NCBI GenBank assembly: GCA_964016885.1 | Contig: OZ024760.1 | Span: 9,610,001 to 9,674,000 of the forward strand | DNA from: Eledone cirrhosa | Lineage: Eukaryota | Direction of reading: 5' to 3' | DNA length: 64,000 nucleotides | In this document: positions 43,984 through 57,492 of the stretch, one piece after another | How the letters are laid out: each line of letters starts with the position of its first letter | Numbering within the stretch: the stretch's first letter is position 1 | Position numbers and translations under genes: made by a program | Notes under the pieces: generated by a model | Told to the model about the DNA's origin: nothing | Seen by the model: the letters and a program-made list of their open reading frames with translations, nothing else | Database searches by the model: none

Positions 43984-44193
43984 TATATACAGACAGACAG
44001 ACATACAGACATACACACATACAGACAGACAGACAGACAGACAGACATATATACAGACAGACAGACATACATACATACATACATACAGACAGACAGACAG
44101 ACAGACACATATACAGACAGACAGACAGACAGACAGACATACAGACATGCAGACAGACAGACAGACAGTCACACAGACAGACAGACAGACAGA
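43436..44193. repeat. (GACA)n compound microsatellite
   Basis: Direct reading. Confidence 0.95.
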
Positions 44194-44194
44194 T

Positions 44195-45960
44195 ATCTTT
44201 CTTTATTTGCCACAAAGGCACACAAGAAATGGGACATTACACAATGTAATGGCGGAGGTTTCACAAATAATTGTGTAAACAAATTTAACGGTTGAAATGG
44301 ACAATTGAAATCCTCAATAGGTGGGGAAGGGGGGCGGGGGCGTTATTGCGCCGTTGTTTTACTCCCCCGTTTGATAGAACATATTTTGTAAGGGCTCCCG
44401 TCTTCTCTCTTTTGTCTTCTTCAACCTACAGTTTTATATACAGAGAAGGCCCAATCACTCTGGCTGTTTTCGCCACATTCACCCACCTTTCAGTGAATTT
44501 ACTGGGGTCCAGCACCTCCCTTTCTCTTCATTCTCACCTTCCTTCTGAAGTGGCATTGAAAGAAGGGGATGAGTTATTATCCGAAGGGGAAGGTGTTTGC
44601 CCTCCGTCCTTTTAATCTCGTCCACCATATCACCTCTTTCGCCATAGCCACCAGACAGGAAAACCGCCTCTCCTTCATTCTTAAATGAAGGCAGCGGCAT
44701 GATCCTCACGATGGACTTGGTTTTCAAATGGATTTGTCCCATATGTCACCCCTGGGCACTGTAGAATTGCGAGCAGAACAGTTTTGATGTCTCACTCGCA
44801 TCTTGGACAGGTCCTTTTGGCAGGATCTCTGCCAGGGTGTCTGTGCCTCTAGATCTTGTCTCAAACTGGTAGAGCTTCTTGGTAGCACTGCTAGGCCAGA
44901 TATCTCTGGAAGTTATCCATAGGTCCTGGATGGAAAGTCCTCCCGAACAGACTGGTCAGTTTGTCCTCTTCGATGCCTAGATCTCCCTGAGAACGTTGTC
45001 ACACTTATCCGCCACTAATCCCTATAGAATGTTGACGTGGAGTCCCCTGTTGATTAATGCGGCTGCCTGATAGGGGAGTGTGAGCGCCTGAGTGCACTCG
45101 AGGTGCCAGCTGCCCATTTTTGGTCTTCACGTGACCCAGGATAGTAGCTCTGTTAGCGAGAGGAGTTGTGGAAAAGCTGGTCTCACAAACGACGACCACA
45201 CTGGTTCACCGGTCAGGAATACCTGGAGATGGTGTAGTCTCAGAACATGTTTGCACATCATCAGCCATGGCATGCCCAGTTCTCCGTTGGAACTGTGTTG
45301 GCAGCAGATGGATCTCCTCACCAATGGAGCCTGTTTCTTCCAAAGGAACTTGAAGAGTAGGCATTCCATTTTGGTGAGGTGATCATGGGCCAAGGCACAA
45401 TCGACAAGTCGTAGTAGATGACGAATGCTATGTAAGTGTTCACCACTGACGCTCAACCTTTTAAGGAGAGTTTGCACTCAGCCCACTGTTGGTTGAGCAC
45501 AAATACTTTCACCGTGACCTTGTTCCAGTTTTTCTCCACCTGGAGGTCTGGACTTAACCAGACCCCAAGCAATTTCACTAGTCCTTCCATCCAGAGTCCA
45601 ACAATGCTGTCAGACAGCATTGGTTTGCCTCCACATGCTGAGTTGCAAACCAACCGACTTGTCAGACTTCAGTCAGTTTTGTTCCCGTCAGCGTTTTGTA
45701 TTTCTGTAGTAAGTTGCCAATCACCCCGATTTCTGATGTTTCGACACCATTATGGTCACTTCCTCGGCATAAGTCAACGCTGCCTTTCACAGTCCTGGTT
45801 CCATCGGGATGCCTGCAACAGCCCCAACTTCTGCAGTAACGGCTCGAGAGTCAGTACATACAGAATGGAGGAGAGGGGGCATCCCTGAGCGCATGATTTG
45901 GAATGACTCTGATGTTAGCCATTCACTTTCACTGCTGAGCAGATGTTGCTGTGCATGGCA
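44195..45960 (-). mobile_element. Tx1/L1-clade LINE, 5'-truncated and decayed
   Basis: Minus-strand fragments RSGMPLSSILYVLTLEPLL, VKLLGVWL, LFKFLWKKQAPLVRRSICCQHSSNGELGMP; 3' end with AATAAA near 44206. Confidence 0.8.
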
Positions 45961-45977
45961 CTTTGTATCAGTTTTAG

Positions 45978-46425
45978 GTGTGGTGCTGTGTTTGAGCTGG
46001 TGAAGGTTCCTCCTTCTCCCTGGATGGTGGGCTGCTGTATTTGAGCTGGTGAAGGTTCCCCTTCTCCCTGGATGGTGTGGTGCTGGTGGTGCTGTGTTTG
46101 AGCTGGTGAAGGTTCCCCCTTCTCCCTGGATGGTGGGCTGCTGTGTTTGAGCTGGTGAAGGTTCCCCCTTCTGTCTGGATGGTGGGGTGCTGTGTTTGAG
46201 CTGGTGAAGGTTTCCCTCTTCTGTCTGGATGGTGGGGTGCTGTGTTTGAGCTGGTGAAGGTTCCCCCTTCTCCCTGGATGGTGGGGTGCTGTGTTTGAGC
46301 TGGTGAAGGTTCCCCCTTCTGTCTGGATGGTGGGGTGCTGTGTTTGTGCTGGTGAAGGTTCCTCCTTCTCCTGGATGTGGGGTGTTGTGTTTGAGCTGGT
46401 GAAGGTTCCTCCTTCTGTCTGGATC
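45978..46425. repeat. 49-bp minisatellite (~9 copies)
   Basis: Unit gtgctgtgtttgagctggtgaaggttcccccttctccctggatggtggg. Confidence 0.9.
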
Positions 46426-46957
46426 TACAGCTGGATGCCCTTCCTAACACCAACCTCATTTACAGTGAGTGCTGGGTGCTTGCTTTTTTTTTCCGTGGCA
46501 CCCACGCGTCCACTTTTCAGCCCAAATTGCATCTCATGTAGGTAGTTTCACCCGTCCCTAATCAACTGTGCTATAACTCTTTCCGTTACTTTCATGACCT
46601 GGTCCATCAGCTTTATACCTCTATAGTTTCCTCTATCTAGTGCATCACCTTTACCTTTGTAGCAGTTGACAATCATGCTGCTGCACCAATCCTTTGCTAT
46701 GATACCCTCTAGTATTACCTGGTTAACAATTTGTATGGTTATGGTGTGACCTACCGACCCAGATGCCTTCAGCATCTCGGCAGCTATACCCGATGGACCG
46801 GTTGCCTTTCCTGTCTTCATATCTTTGATTGCCTTACTTACTACGCAGCTGCTGACTTGTACTGCTGGCCCCTCTATAGGGTTCACTTGGGGTAGGGTCT
46901 CTTTTTCCCATGCATTCTCCTCATTTAGTAATCTTTCTTAAGGGCTCTTCCACGCAT
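46426..46957 (-). mobile_element. RTE reverse-transcriptase fragment joined to a SINE family 1 body
   Basis: AIKDMKTGKATGPSGIAAEMLK..DWCSSMIVNCYKGKGDALDRGNYRGIKLMDQVMKVTERVI..MQFG, then from ~46520 the SINE ggaagggcatccagctgtag region. Confidence 0.85.
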
Positions 46958-47157
46958 NNNNNNNNNNNNNNNNNNNNNNNNNNNNNNNNNNNNNNNNNNN
47001 NNNNNNNNNNNNNNNNNNNNNNNNNNNNNNNNNNNNNNNNNNNNNNNNNNNNNNNNNNNNNNNNNNNNNNNNNNNNNNNNNNNNNNNNNNNNNNNNNNNN
47101 NNNNNNNNNNNNNNNNNNNNNNNNNNNNNNNNNNNNNNNNNNNNNNNNNNNNNNNNN
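46958..47157. other. Assembly gap (200 N)
   Basis: Run of exactly 200 N. Confidence 1.
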
Positions 47158-47773
47158 CAGCAGCAGCAAAAACATTATACTTGACTGATTTTATTACTGT
47201 TTATCTCATATATTTATGTCTGTGTGATGGTGTATAAATTTAACTATGATTACGTGATATACAGATCAAAAGCTGTTGTATTTCAAGTGAACATTAGCTA
47301 TATTAAAGAACTCTTCCCTGCCCCATTTACAGCTATCAATCTTCAACTAATTTCTATACGTTTTAAATATTTCTTTCTTCAAAGATACATTCTTTCTTAT
47401 TCATCTTATTTCAGTTAGTTGTATATTCTAAGAACAGTTCAAGAATAAAACACTGACTTTTTAATTATTATTATATATATATTTTTTGCTATTTTCTTAT
47501 TGTTTCTGATCATGCTGAGTAATACCCTCACACATCCCTTGCTACCCTCTCCCAACCTCTTTATCATCTATTGCACCATCTAAGTGATAAATTATTGGTG
47601 TCATTTTAATTTTTAATTTTTAAATTTTTAAGACATTTTATGACATTATGTGCATCATGTATTCTGTCTTTTTCCATATAGCGCAAGCCTCGGGACCCCC
47701 CCCCCCCCCTGCTGGTCATTTAACGTTGTTCTGGTGACACAGCTCAATGGAGCATGCAACTACTGATATACTC

Positions 47774-47839
47774 TTGTTTATAGGCTCTGAAGATTCCTGC
47801 CATGGTGTATGGATGAAACACTGTTAGCTAATAAAACAA
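47774..47839 (+). ncRNA. Hammerhead ribozyme
   Basis: ttgtttataggct / CTGAAGA 47787-47793 / tcc..gga stem II / GAAA 47815-47818 / cactg / TT / agctaataaaacaa; followed ~40 nt later by (TA)n. Confidence 0.6.
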
Positions 47840-47873
47840 TGTATCTCTAAGCACTCTTTGGTTATTCCTATAA

Positions 47874-47913
<40 letters not shown>

Positions 47914-48026
47914 AAAATTAAGATAAAATAAATTAAATGAATTTAATCTAAATCGAAATTATGGGTGTCATGTCATAATGCATGCGCCATATATCCTGGA
48001 AATTAAGCTCAAGGAGATCCGAGCAT

Positions 48027-48060
<34 letters not shown>

Positions 48061-48809
48061 GGGATAACAAGTTATCGTTATAGGTAATCTAGTTAGAGGT
48101 TGTGAGTACTCTGTATTGTGGATAGTTTTAACGTACGGCTTTGTTTGACTCAACAAGATGCTTCCATAGTTAGGTAGCAAGTTCGCGAGAATTCTTATGC
48201 AGGTTATACTTGGAGTAATGAGTGTTTCTACTATTGGCACAAGGCCAGCAATTATCCCAGTACATTACTGGTACTTTATTTTATCGACCCCGTAAGGATG
48301 AAAGGCAAAGTTAACCTCGGTGGGAGGAATAACATGGTCGGCTGTACAACAAGGGGCTTTATTTCAAATATTAACAATTGTTTCATTGATCAGGGGAGTC
48401 TAAAGGCCGCTAATCACTGGAAGTTGACTTGGTGGTGGAACAGCGCGGTAGATAGGGTCATGAAAGACAAAAGACTAGCATGGAAGACTTGGAAAAATGG
48501 TGGGAGTAGAGACTGATACACAGCCACTAAAAGAGAAACCACACCACCACACCACTGCACCACAACCACACACCCCTCCCCCACTCCACGACACCACAAT
48601 CCCCCACCACACCACTACACCACCACACCACTACACCCCCCCATCAAGCTACTGTATGTTTTATTCCACAGAAATGGTGGATGTGTCAATAATGGTGAGG
48701 TTGTAATATAAGGAAGGCTCATTAATCACTGGTGATTATATAGAGTAATTAAATAGTCGTTAGCACTGACGAGAGTCATTACTGTTACCAGGTGTTAGTG
48801 GAAACTAGA

Positions 48810-49450
48810 ACAACTGCTACATGATGTATTACTGTTACTACTGCTACTACATGGTGTATTACTGGTGCTACATCAACTGCTACATGGTGTATTACTGGTG
48901 CTACATCAACTGCTACATGGTGTATTACTGCTGCTACATCAACTGCTACATGGTACATTACTGCTACTACATCAACTGCTACATGATGTATTACTGGTGC
49001 TACATCAACTGCTACATGGTGTATTACTGGTGCTACATCAACTGCTACATGGTGTATTACTGGTGCTACATCAACTGCTACATGGTGTATTACTGCTACT
49101 ACATCAATTGCTACATGGTGTATTACTGCTACTACATCAACTGCTACATGATGTATTACTGGTGCTACATCAACTGCTACGTGGTGTATTACTGCTGCTA
49201 CATCAACTGCTACATGGTGCATTACTGATGCTACATCAACTGATACATGGTGTATTACTGGTGCTACATCAACTGCTATATGGTGTACAGTGTGTTATTG
49301 GTACTACATGGTGTACAGTGTATTACTAGTACTACATGGTGTACAGTCTACTACTGGTACTATATGGTGTACAGTGTATTACTGACACTACATCAACTGC
49401 TACATGACATTACAATGTATTACTGGTACTACATCAATTACTACATGGCC
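48810..49450. repeat. 33-bp minisatellite
   Basis: Unit tggtgtattactggtgctacatcaactgctaca; degenerates rightwards. Confidence 0.9.
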
Positions 49451-49724
49451 AGTTGACAGCACCGGACCCATCTCACATTCTGTGACCTCCTCAGTGACTA
49501 GGTTTTTATTATGTGTCTCTCCTTTGTTCTATCCTACACCATCTTGTTTTTTGTGTGTTGTGTGCTTAGTTTGCGCATGTGTTATATCCGGGTGTGTTTC
49601 TGTGTTTTTATTTATTTATTTATGTGTTTATTTATTTGTCACTAGTTGGTTGTTTGTTCTATCTGTGTGTGTCTGATTTGTTTTGTTTGGTTTTTGTCTG
49701 TGTCTGTGTGTCTTCATTTTGTCC

Positions 49725-50160
49725 TTAATTACTAGTTGTGATGTTGCTATTCCACTCATGTTTTCTGTTTAATTTTGGTGGTAGTTCGTTTATGTTTGTT
49801 GCTTCTGTAATTTGCCTGAGCATTGCATCTTTTCTGTGTGTGGATATAATTTTTTTCTCTATGTTCTCTAATGTGCCCCTATTTTCTATTTTGGCATGTT
49901 GGTGGAGTTCTGATGAGTTTTTCCCATCCTGGAGTTCTCGCCAGTGTTCACTTATCCTTTCTCCTATGCTATGAGCTGCTTCATCTATGTATGTTATGTT
50001 CTTATTCCTACACTGTCCCTCACTACATCTTATGCTATATACTACGCTCCTAGTTTGCAGTTGGTTTGCAGGTTTAGCCTGCAAACTATGAATTTCCTAT
50101 CAGTGCAGGGGATATTTTGAAATGGATATGTTTTACAAGACCAAGAATTTGTTATTGGGG
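49725..50160 (-). mobile_element. Penelope-like element GIY-YIG endonuclease fragment
   Basis: SVVYSIRC...C...YIDE..HSIGERISEH...SELHQH...DAMLRQITEATNI...LNRKHEW. Confidence 0.8.
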
Positions 50161-50466
50161 CTTATAATGTAAGTGTAATATATATAATATATTATGACAC
50201 GGAATATAAATAATTGTTTCTACATTTGGCACAAGGCCAGCAATTACCCAGTACATTACTGGTACTTTATTTTATCGACCCTGTAAGGATGAAAGGCAAA
50301 GTTGACCTCGGTGGGATTTGAACTCAGAATGGAAAGGGCCGTAATTCTATGCATCAAAGCATGACGTCCGACCCTCTACCAATACTGCCAATCCACAAGG
50401 AATATAAATAATGTCACATATTATGTTGTTATGATATATATATATGTATGTATTTAAGAAAACCCA

Positions 50467-50601
<135 letters not shown>

Positions 50602-50705
50602 TTATGGGTTTTCTTAAATACATACATATATATATATTGTTGGGTTACAACGAGTAAATATTTTATAACTGATATAAAAGCACTCGACAGTTTCTGGAGT
50701 AGGTT

Positions 50706-50973
50706 TACGATATTAAACAAATGGAAACTATATTTATAAAACCATGTTTATTTCGTTATATATATTTCTGGGATATCATATTAAAAATATGTTATGCCTT
50801 CCTCAGACAAAATACAATACATAAGCTGTTTTAGTCACTAATTATTTATAAAACAGCTTATGTATTGTATTTTGTCTGAGGAAGGCATAACATATTTTTA
50901 ATATGATATCCCAGAAATATATATAACGAAATAAATATGGTTTTATAAATATAGTTTCCATTTGTTTAATATC

Positions 50974-50976
<3 letters not shown>
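50706..50976. mobile_element. Family A fold-back with two opposed hammerheads (50749-50814 minus, 50868-50933 plus)
   Basis: ~127-bp near-perfect arms with a ~15-nt loop; CTGAGGA...GAAA-tatata-TA in each arm; the left arm continues into the family 3' terminus to ~50636. Confidence 0.85.
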
Positions 50977-51024
<48 letters not shown>

Positions 51025-51298
51025 GACAGGGGGGAAGAAAAAATGGCTTCACTTGTGCTTTCAACAAATTTATTTTCTTCACAAAATCCCCAAAAAATTT
51101 TTCTTAAAAAAAATTATTTTATAAATTAAGTTGTTGGTTGTTGGTTAGGTCTTAGGAGTTCTTGGTTAACGTAGGAGGTATTGTTTCGTTTTTAGAAAGA
51201 CCTTTCACGCTGAGGTGCGCTTGTCAAACTGATGTGTATGTGGTGTGTTGTTCTATATATAGGGATTTAACATGTCTGTGGTGTGGTGGGGGTCATTT

Positions 51299-51331
<33 letters not shown>

Positions 51332-51349
51332 ACTATTAAATCAGTCATA

Positions 51350-53805
51350 CAAATAATACAAATATATAATCTTAGCTATTCTGTGAAATGATCTAAAAAT
51401 CTTGTGTTAAAAGCTGCTAAATACCTCTGTTCTTTTATTAATAATAGATTTTGTATTACTAATAATATGAAGAATTTCAGTATTACAGAGATTACAATAT
51501 TTAGAATTAGAAGAGTTTACATATGATGAGGCATTAGATAGCTTATGCCAAGATAATGAGTAATCTATGTTTTGGGGTTTTTAGAGACCATATTAATTGA
51601 GATAGAGAAGTTGAGAATTTCTTATCAATTTGTTTAAAAGTATGCGTATGGTTATACCATCTTTCCTTAAATTTAGATGAAGTGGCACCTATATAGTTAT
51701 ACGACTTATCATTAGTTTTAACAATGCATTTATAATACATTAGATTACAGTCAAGGCAGTTATTATTTAACAGGCAAGATAGACTGTTCTTACAATTTCA
51801 ATTCTTTATGTTATTATTTGATATCTCGCCGAGGTTAACTTTGTCTTTTATCGTTACGGGGTCGATGAAATAAAGTACCAGTAATGCACTGGGGTAATTC
51901 CTGGCCTTGTGCCAAAAGTAGAAACAATTATTTGATGATACAGCTCTGCTATTAAAGTGTATGCTATTATTATTGCTTATGCTATCTATCTATCTAGGGC
52001 GGGTAAAATTCCCGAGATCCATGGACGAGTTCTCTCCAGCGGTCTCTGTCCCTCATTATCGCTGCCATGTCATACGTCTCCAACAGACCAGTGTCTGTCC
52101 TTAGGGCATCAACAGACGTTAACCTTGGTCTTCCTCTTCCAGTGTGTCCATGTAGGGCTCCCACAGGAGCACTGAGTGCAATGTCAACTCTGGATGTCGG
52201 TGAGTATGTCCAACTAACCTCAGTCTCCTGTGTCACTTTTGAGCTGACTTTTGGAAGGCTCCCATACAGCTCTGAGTTTTTATCACCATAGTGGACTATT
52301 GTATGTGCCTTGCACTGGAGAAACACCAGGACTCTGGCTTTACTGTAGCACCGGCTCAGAGCAGGAGAGTTAAGGCGAAAAAGGTATCAGATGCTGAATT
52401 TGCCGACGACATAGTTTTGGTGACAAATACAGTGAAGGAGGCAGACGATTTGATGCGGGAGGTTGAGACTGTGTCGATGAGTGTGGGGCTGAGAATGAAT
52501 GAGACAAAAACAAAATATCTGGTAGAGAATGTTGAGAAGCCAGAGGGGATCACTAATTTAGACGGGAAGCTGCTAGAATTGGTTGAGGGCTTCCTGTATT
52601 TGGGAGCAAAGATTGGGAATACGGAAGATGATGTGGTTGAGAGGAAAAGCAAAGCCTGGGCGGCGTGCCACAGCTTGAGATCGGTGTGGAAGTCGGACCT
52701 TCGTAAAGACCTGCTTATGCTATTATCAATATTATTATTGTTAGTGTTGGGGGTTATTTTTATTTGATTCATTTTAAGATTCCTATTATTAATTTTTGCT
52801 ATACTTTTGGCAATATTCATAGTTGTTGAGTATGATAGTTTGACAGTATGTCTATTAAATATCTGGTAATATTTATGGGTTCTAGGGAAACATTTATCGA
52901 CAGTGCGAAAGAACTGTTGTGCTAAACTGGTTTTGATTCCTAAAGATAGTGGTGGAGAATATCATAAAATAGAAAGGAATCTGGCTTTTCTATTTGATTC
53001 GTTATTTTTGTTTATGTGTAAGTCATGCTGGTTATAAGGTTGATTTATGTTATTAATATTAGAGGAATTATTTCTTTTATAATATGGGGTATAATTATCC
53101 TTATCTATGTAATTAATTTTATTAGAGTAGCCTGCCCTAGATAGGGCCTCATTGTAGTATTCTGCCTTATTGTCAAATATATCTTCATTAGCGGAGAGTC
53201 TAGAACTTCTAAGCTGAACACTATTAACTATAGCTTTCTTAACGTGTTTAGGGTGGTTGGAATAGAAACTAACATAATTTAGGTTTTCATTTAACTTATG
53301 GAATGGGTAATAGAGGCCAGATTTAAGATTTAAGGTAATATCTAGGAAATTAACTATGTTATTATTGTTTTTAATTTCTAGTTTAAGGTCATAATTATTA
53401 AAAAAGTCAATTATGATTTTCTTTTTCTTATTAAGGGCATTATTACTATGGTTATTTACTATAAAAAGTGCATCATCACAATATGCACCTCTGGCAATTT
53501 CCGGAAGTTTTCTATGTATAGTGTTAAGGATGAAAATACCAATGAGGTCAGTAACTTAAGCTGAGTCCGAGGTCTCATGGTAATATCAAAATTTCCAGGT
53601 CTATCAGCTCTGGTCCAAAGATCACCGTTAAAGTCGATAAGGGTTTTCCTTGCTGTCAAGATGATGTTTATTTCATCGCTTGATAGATCTGTGTGTTATG
53701 ATGCATAAGTTAAGGCTTTGTTAAGTTGGAATGATAGAAGAATAGTAATTTGATATATCCATTTGGATGAATTTAATGTTTCTTTTAGATTTAAGGTTTA
53801 CAAAC
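51350..53805 (-). mobile_element. Decayed Penelope-like retroelement (Naiad-like RT + GIY-YIG), interrupted by SINE and LINE insertions
   Basis: RT motifs KFIQMDISNYYSSI, ARKTLIDF, FDITM, DLIGIFIL, GAYCDDAL, VNFLDITLNL, SNHP. Endonuclease region *NCKNSLSC..YIGATSSKFKERWYNH..STSLSQLIWSLK..CNLC..INKRTE. Multiple frameshifts. Confidence 0.9.
51986..52711 (-). mobile_element. RTE-X-like LINE with inverted 5' part and 12-bp target-site duplication
   Basis: Minus 3' end ELYGSLPKVS..GRGRPRLT..DRDRWR plus (TAGA)n; plus-strand RT FADDIVL..GLRMNETKT..FLYLG; tgcttatgctat at 51974-51985 and 52712-52723. Confidence 0.85.
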
Positions 53806-53840
53806 TAATCAATTACTTCATACAAAGTCTCTAACTCATT

Positions 53841-53916
<76 letters not shown>

Positions 53917-54235
53917 GGTAATTCTGAAGAAAAAGCAAAGGAAAAAAGAGTGTTCTTATATATATATATATATACACCACACAACATACATACACACACA
54001 CACATGTATATATATGGAGTTAACTAGATAATCAATATTGAAAATGAATAATATATTTCAGGTTAACATCTTAATCTCATTACAGACAGAAATATAGAAG
54101 TGTCGTTTAAGAAATGAGAATTAAATGATATAATAATAATATATAGAAGAAGTTAAGATGATAGAATAGATTTCTGAAATATGGTCACGTCTACAAAATG
54201 TTTACCACAATGTTGACATGTGAAAGCTGTGATTC

Positions 54236-54483
54236 TAAAATCCCGGAGAGCTCAATTTGCTGGCCACTGTCACCGTGCCAGCAATGAAATCATATCCGCT
54301 CTCTTGCTCTGGAACCCTGACTCCAGCCTGACTAGGAGTAGGAAGCTGTCATTCCCTGACGTTATCTCTAGGGATATGGGAATCAGCAGACAGGACCTGG
54401 GGGCAGCGATGGGGGACAGGGGATTCTGGGGCATGAGAGTGAGATCCATCATCTCGACAGTAGTCGACGAGTGATGATGATGA
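54236..54483 (+). mobile_element. RTE-X-like LINE 3' end with target-site duplication
   Basis: RRAQFAGHCHR..LLLWNP..DVISRD..MGDRGFW, (TGA)n tail; tgtgattc at 54228-54235 and 54484-54491. Confidence 0.8.
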
Positions 54484-54639
54484 TGTGATTCAGCTATCTA
54501 GTTAAAAAGACAGTAAGAGTTGTCACGGTTCCTTAGCTTAATGGTCTAATGAACCTAGCTGGTATCTAGAAGATATGGAGCTTGATTCCTCATAACAGCT
54601 GAGGGCAATTTTTTTCCTGTTTTTAAAGGGTCTTCACCC

Positions 54640-55050
54640 GTCTTCTTCTTCTTCTTCTTCTTCTTTGCCTTCTTCTTCTTCTTCTTTGCCTTCTTTGCCT
54701 TCTTCTTCTTCTTCCTCTTCTTCTTCTCCCTCTTCTTCTTCTCCCTCTTCTTCTTCCTCTTCCTCTTCCTCTTCTTCTTCTTTACTCACTTATACTTGAG
54801 AGGGTCGTGGGGGCAGAGTCCTCAAAACACTCCTTCCAGCAGGTCCTGTCAGAAGCAACCATCTTGAACTGATCTGGCTGGATCCCCAAGCATGACCAGC
54901 CAACTCATGGATGTTATCCAACCATCTTATTCAGGGTTTACCCCTGGGTTGCCAGTCGGTTGGTGTTGCCCATAAAAATCTGTCCAGAAATTCTTTCCTG
55001 AGACATTCTAACCACATGCCCATAGTATCGGAGCTGTGATCTCTCAATAC
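54640..55050 (-). mobile_element. RTE LINE 3' fragment with expanded (GAA)n tail
   Basis: Homologous to 25520-25812. Confidence 0.75.
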
Positions 55051-56120
55051 ATTATATTATAATTTATTTAAAACCATGCTTTCCAGCATAGTTACGTCCC
55101 TTTACGATCTGAGTTCAAATCCCGCCGAGGTTGACTTTGCCTTTCATCCTTACGGGGTCGATAAAATAAAGTACCAGTAATACACTGGGTAATTGCTTGC
55201 CTTGTGCCTAACGTAGAAACAATTATAATTTATTTAAAGCATTTCTGCACATGAGCAAATCCTTTTTTATATTAACTTTATCTTCTCAGTGCTTTGTATA
55301 AGTCTGAGAAATAGGCTATATATTCACAATGTTTGTTGACATCTGAAAGCTGGGATTCAGCTAACTAATTTAAGTTGGTAACAGTTGTCACAATGCCTTG
55401 TCTTAAGCACCTAGCTGGTATCTAGGAAATAAGAGATTTGATTCCTCATAGCTACCAATGGCAACTTCGTTTTTGCCTTTAAAGGGCATTATAACAGTTG
55501 CAAAAACCCAACCAAAACGTGGTCTCATATGTGCAAGGTCTGGTGCAACCAACTGGCAAAGCCCTCCCCCATAACAGGAACATGCAGTTTCACACTGTAA
55601 ATGTGGTCGCTGTTAGGAATGACATCTAGCAGCCATACGATCCCAGCCAAGGCACAGTCCTATATAAGCAAAGTAGAGCATGGCCAATTGGCCAGAGTTG
55701 CCTCATAAGAGTGATCACCTAGTCCTACATTGTAAATGTTGTTGGTGTTAGGAAAGGCCTCCAAAAGCCGTGAAAATCCTCAGCCAAAACACAGGTCCGG
55801 CTATGAGCAAGGTTCAACATACTCACAAATGGTAAGTCCTAACTCATTACAGGTGCACACAGCTTCCAAATATGGATCTGCTTATGAGCATGGTATGGCA
55901 TGGCTAGCTGACCAGACCCCTCTCATAACAGGACCACCTAGTTCCACACTGTCAATGTGGTTGGTGTTAGGAAGGGCATCCAGCTGTAAAGAAAACCGCC
56001 TAAAATTCAGTTCCATTTGAGCAAGGGATAGTGAGGCCAAATGGCTAGATTGCCTCATGGCACGGATCACCCATCTGACACATTGACACATGCAAACATG
56101 GAAAATGAGACGTTAAAACG

Positions 56121-56169
<49 letters not shown>

Positions 56170-56171
<2 letters not shown>

Positions 56172-56388
56172 TAGTAATAATAATAAATTTGAAGACTAAA
56201 ATCCAAAGAGGGCTCGATAAGGATAAATATATATCAAATATATAAGAACCGTAGAGCAAATATTTATTAAAATAACAGATTAAAGTTTAAGCAAAGAATC
56301 GCTGCTTTCACCCTTAACAGGATTTTCTGAAGATCCCGTTAAGGGTGAAAGCAGCGATTCTTTGGTTAAACTTTAATCTGTTATTTTA

Positions 56389-56395
<7 letters not shown>
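56170..56395. mobile_element. Family B fold-back element (inverted copy of 181-420)
   Basis: Near-identical reverse complement with the loop deleted; (TA)n on both sides. Confidence 0.8.
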
Positions 56396-56465
<70 letters not shown>

Positions 56466-56500
56466 AAAGAATAGAGGTGTAACACACGAGTTATGATATA

Positions 56501-57492
<992 letters not shown>

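Noticed and set aside
48785-49329. His/Val- or Tyr/Cys-rich repeat protein
   Set aside because: A 33-bp minisatellite open in several frames; no exon signals identified.
51195-51235. Minus-strand ttgacaa-gcgc/gcgt-gaaa as a hammerhead
   Set aside because: Two core mismatches; possibly a decayed pLTR but not supportable.
56327-56360. CTGAAGA-stem-GAAA as an intact hammerhead
   Set aside because: The CTGAAGA arises at the loop-deletion junction (the paralogue has CAGAAGA), and no UH triplet or stem I follows properly; kept only as degenerate.
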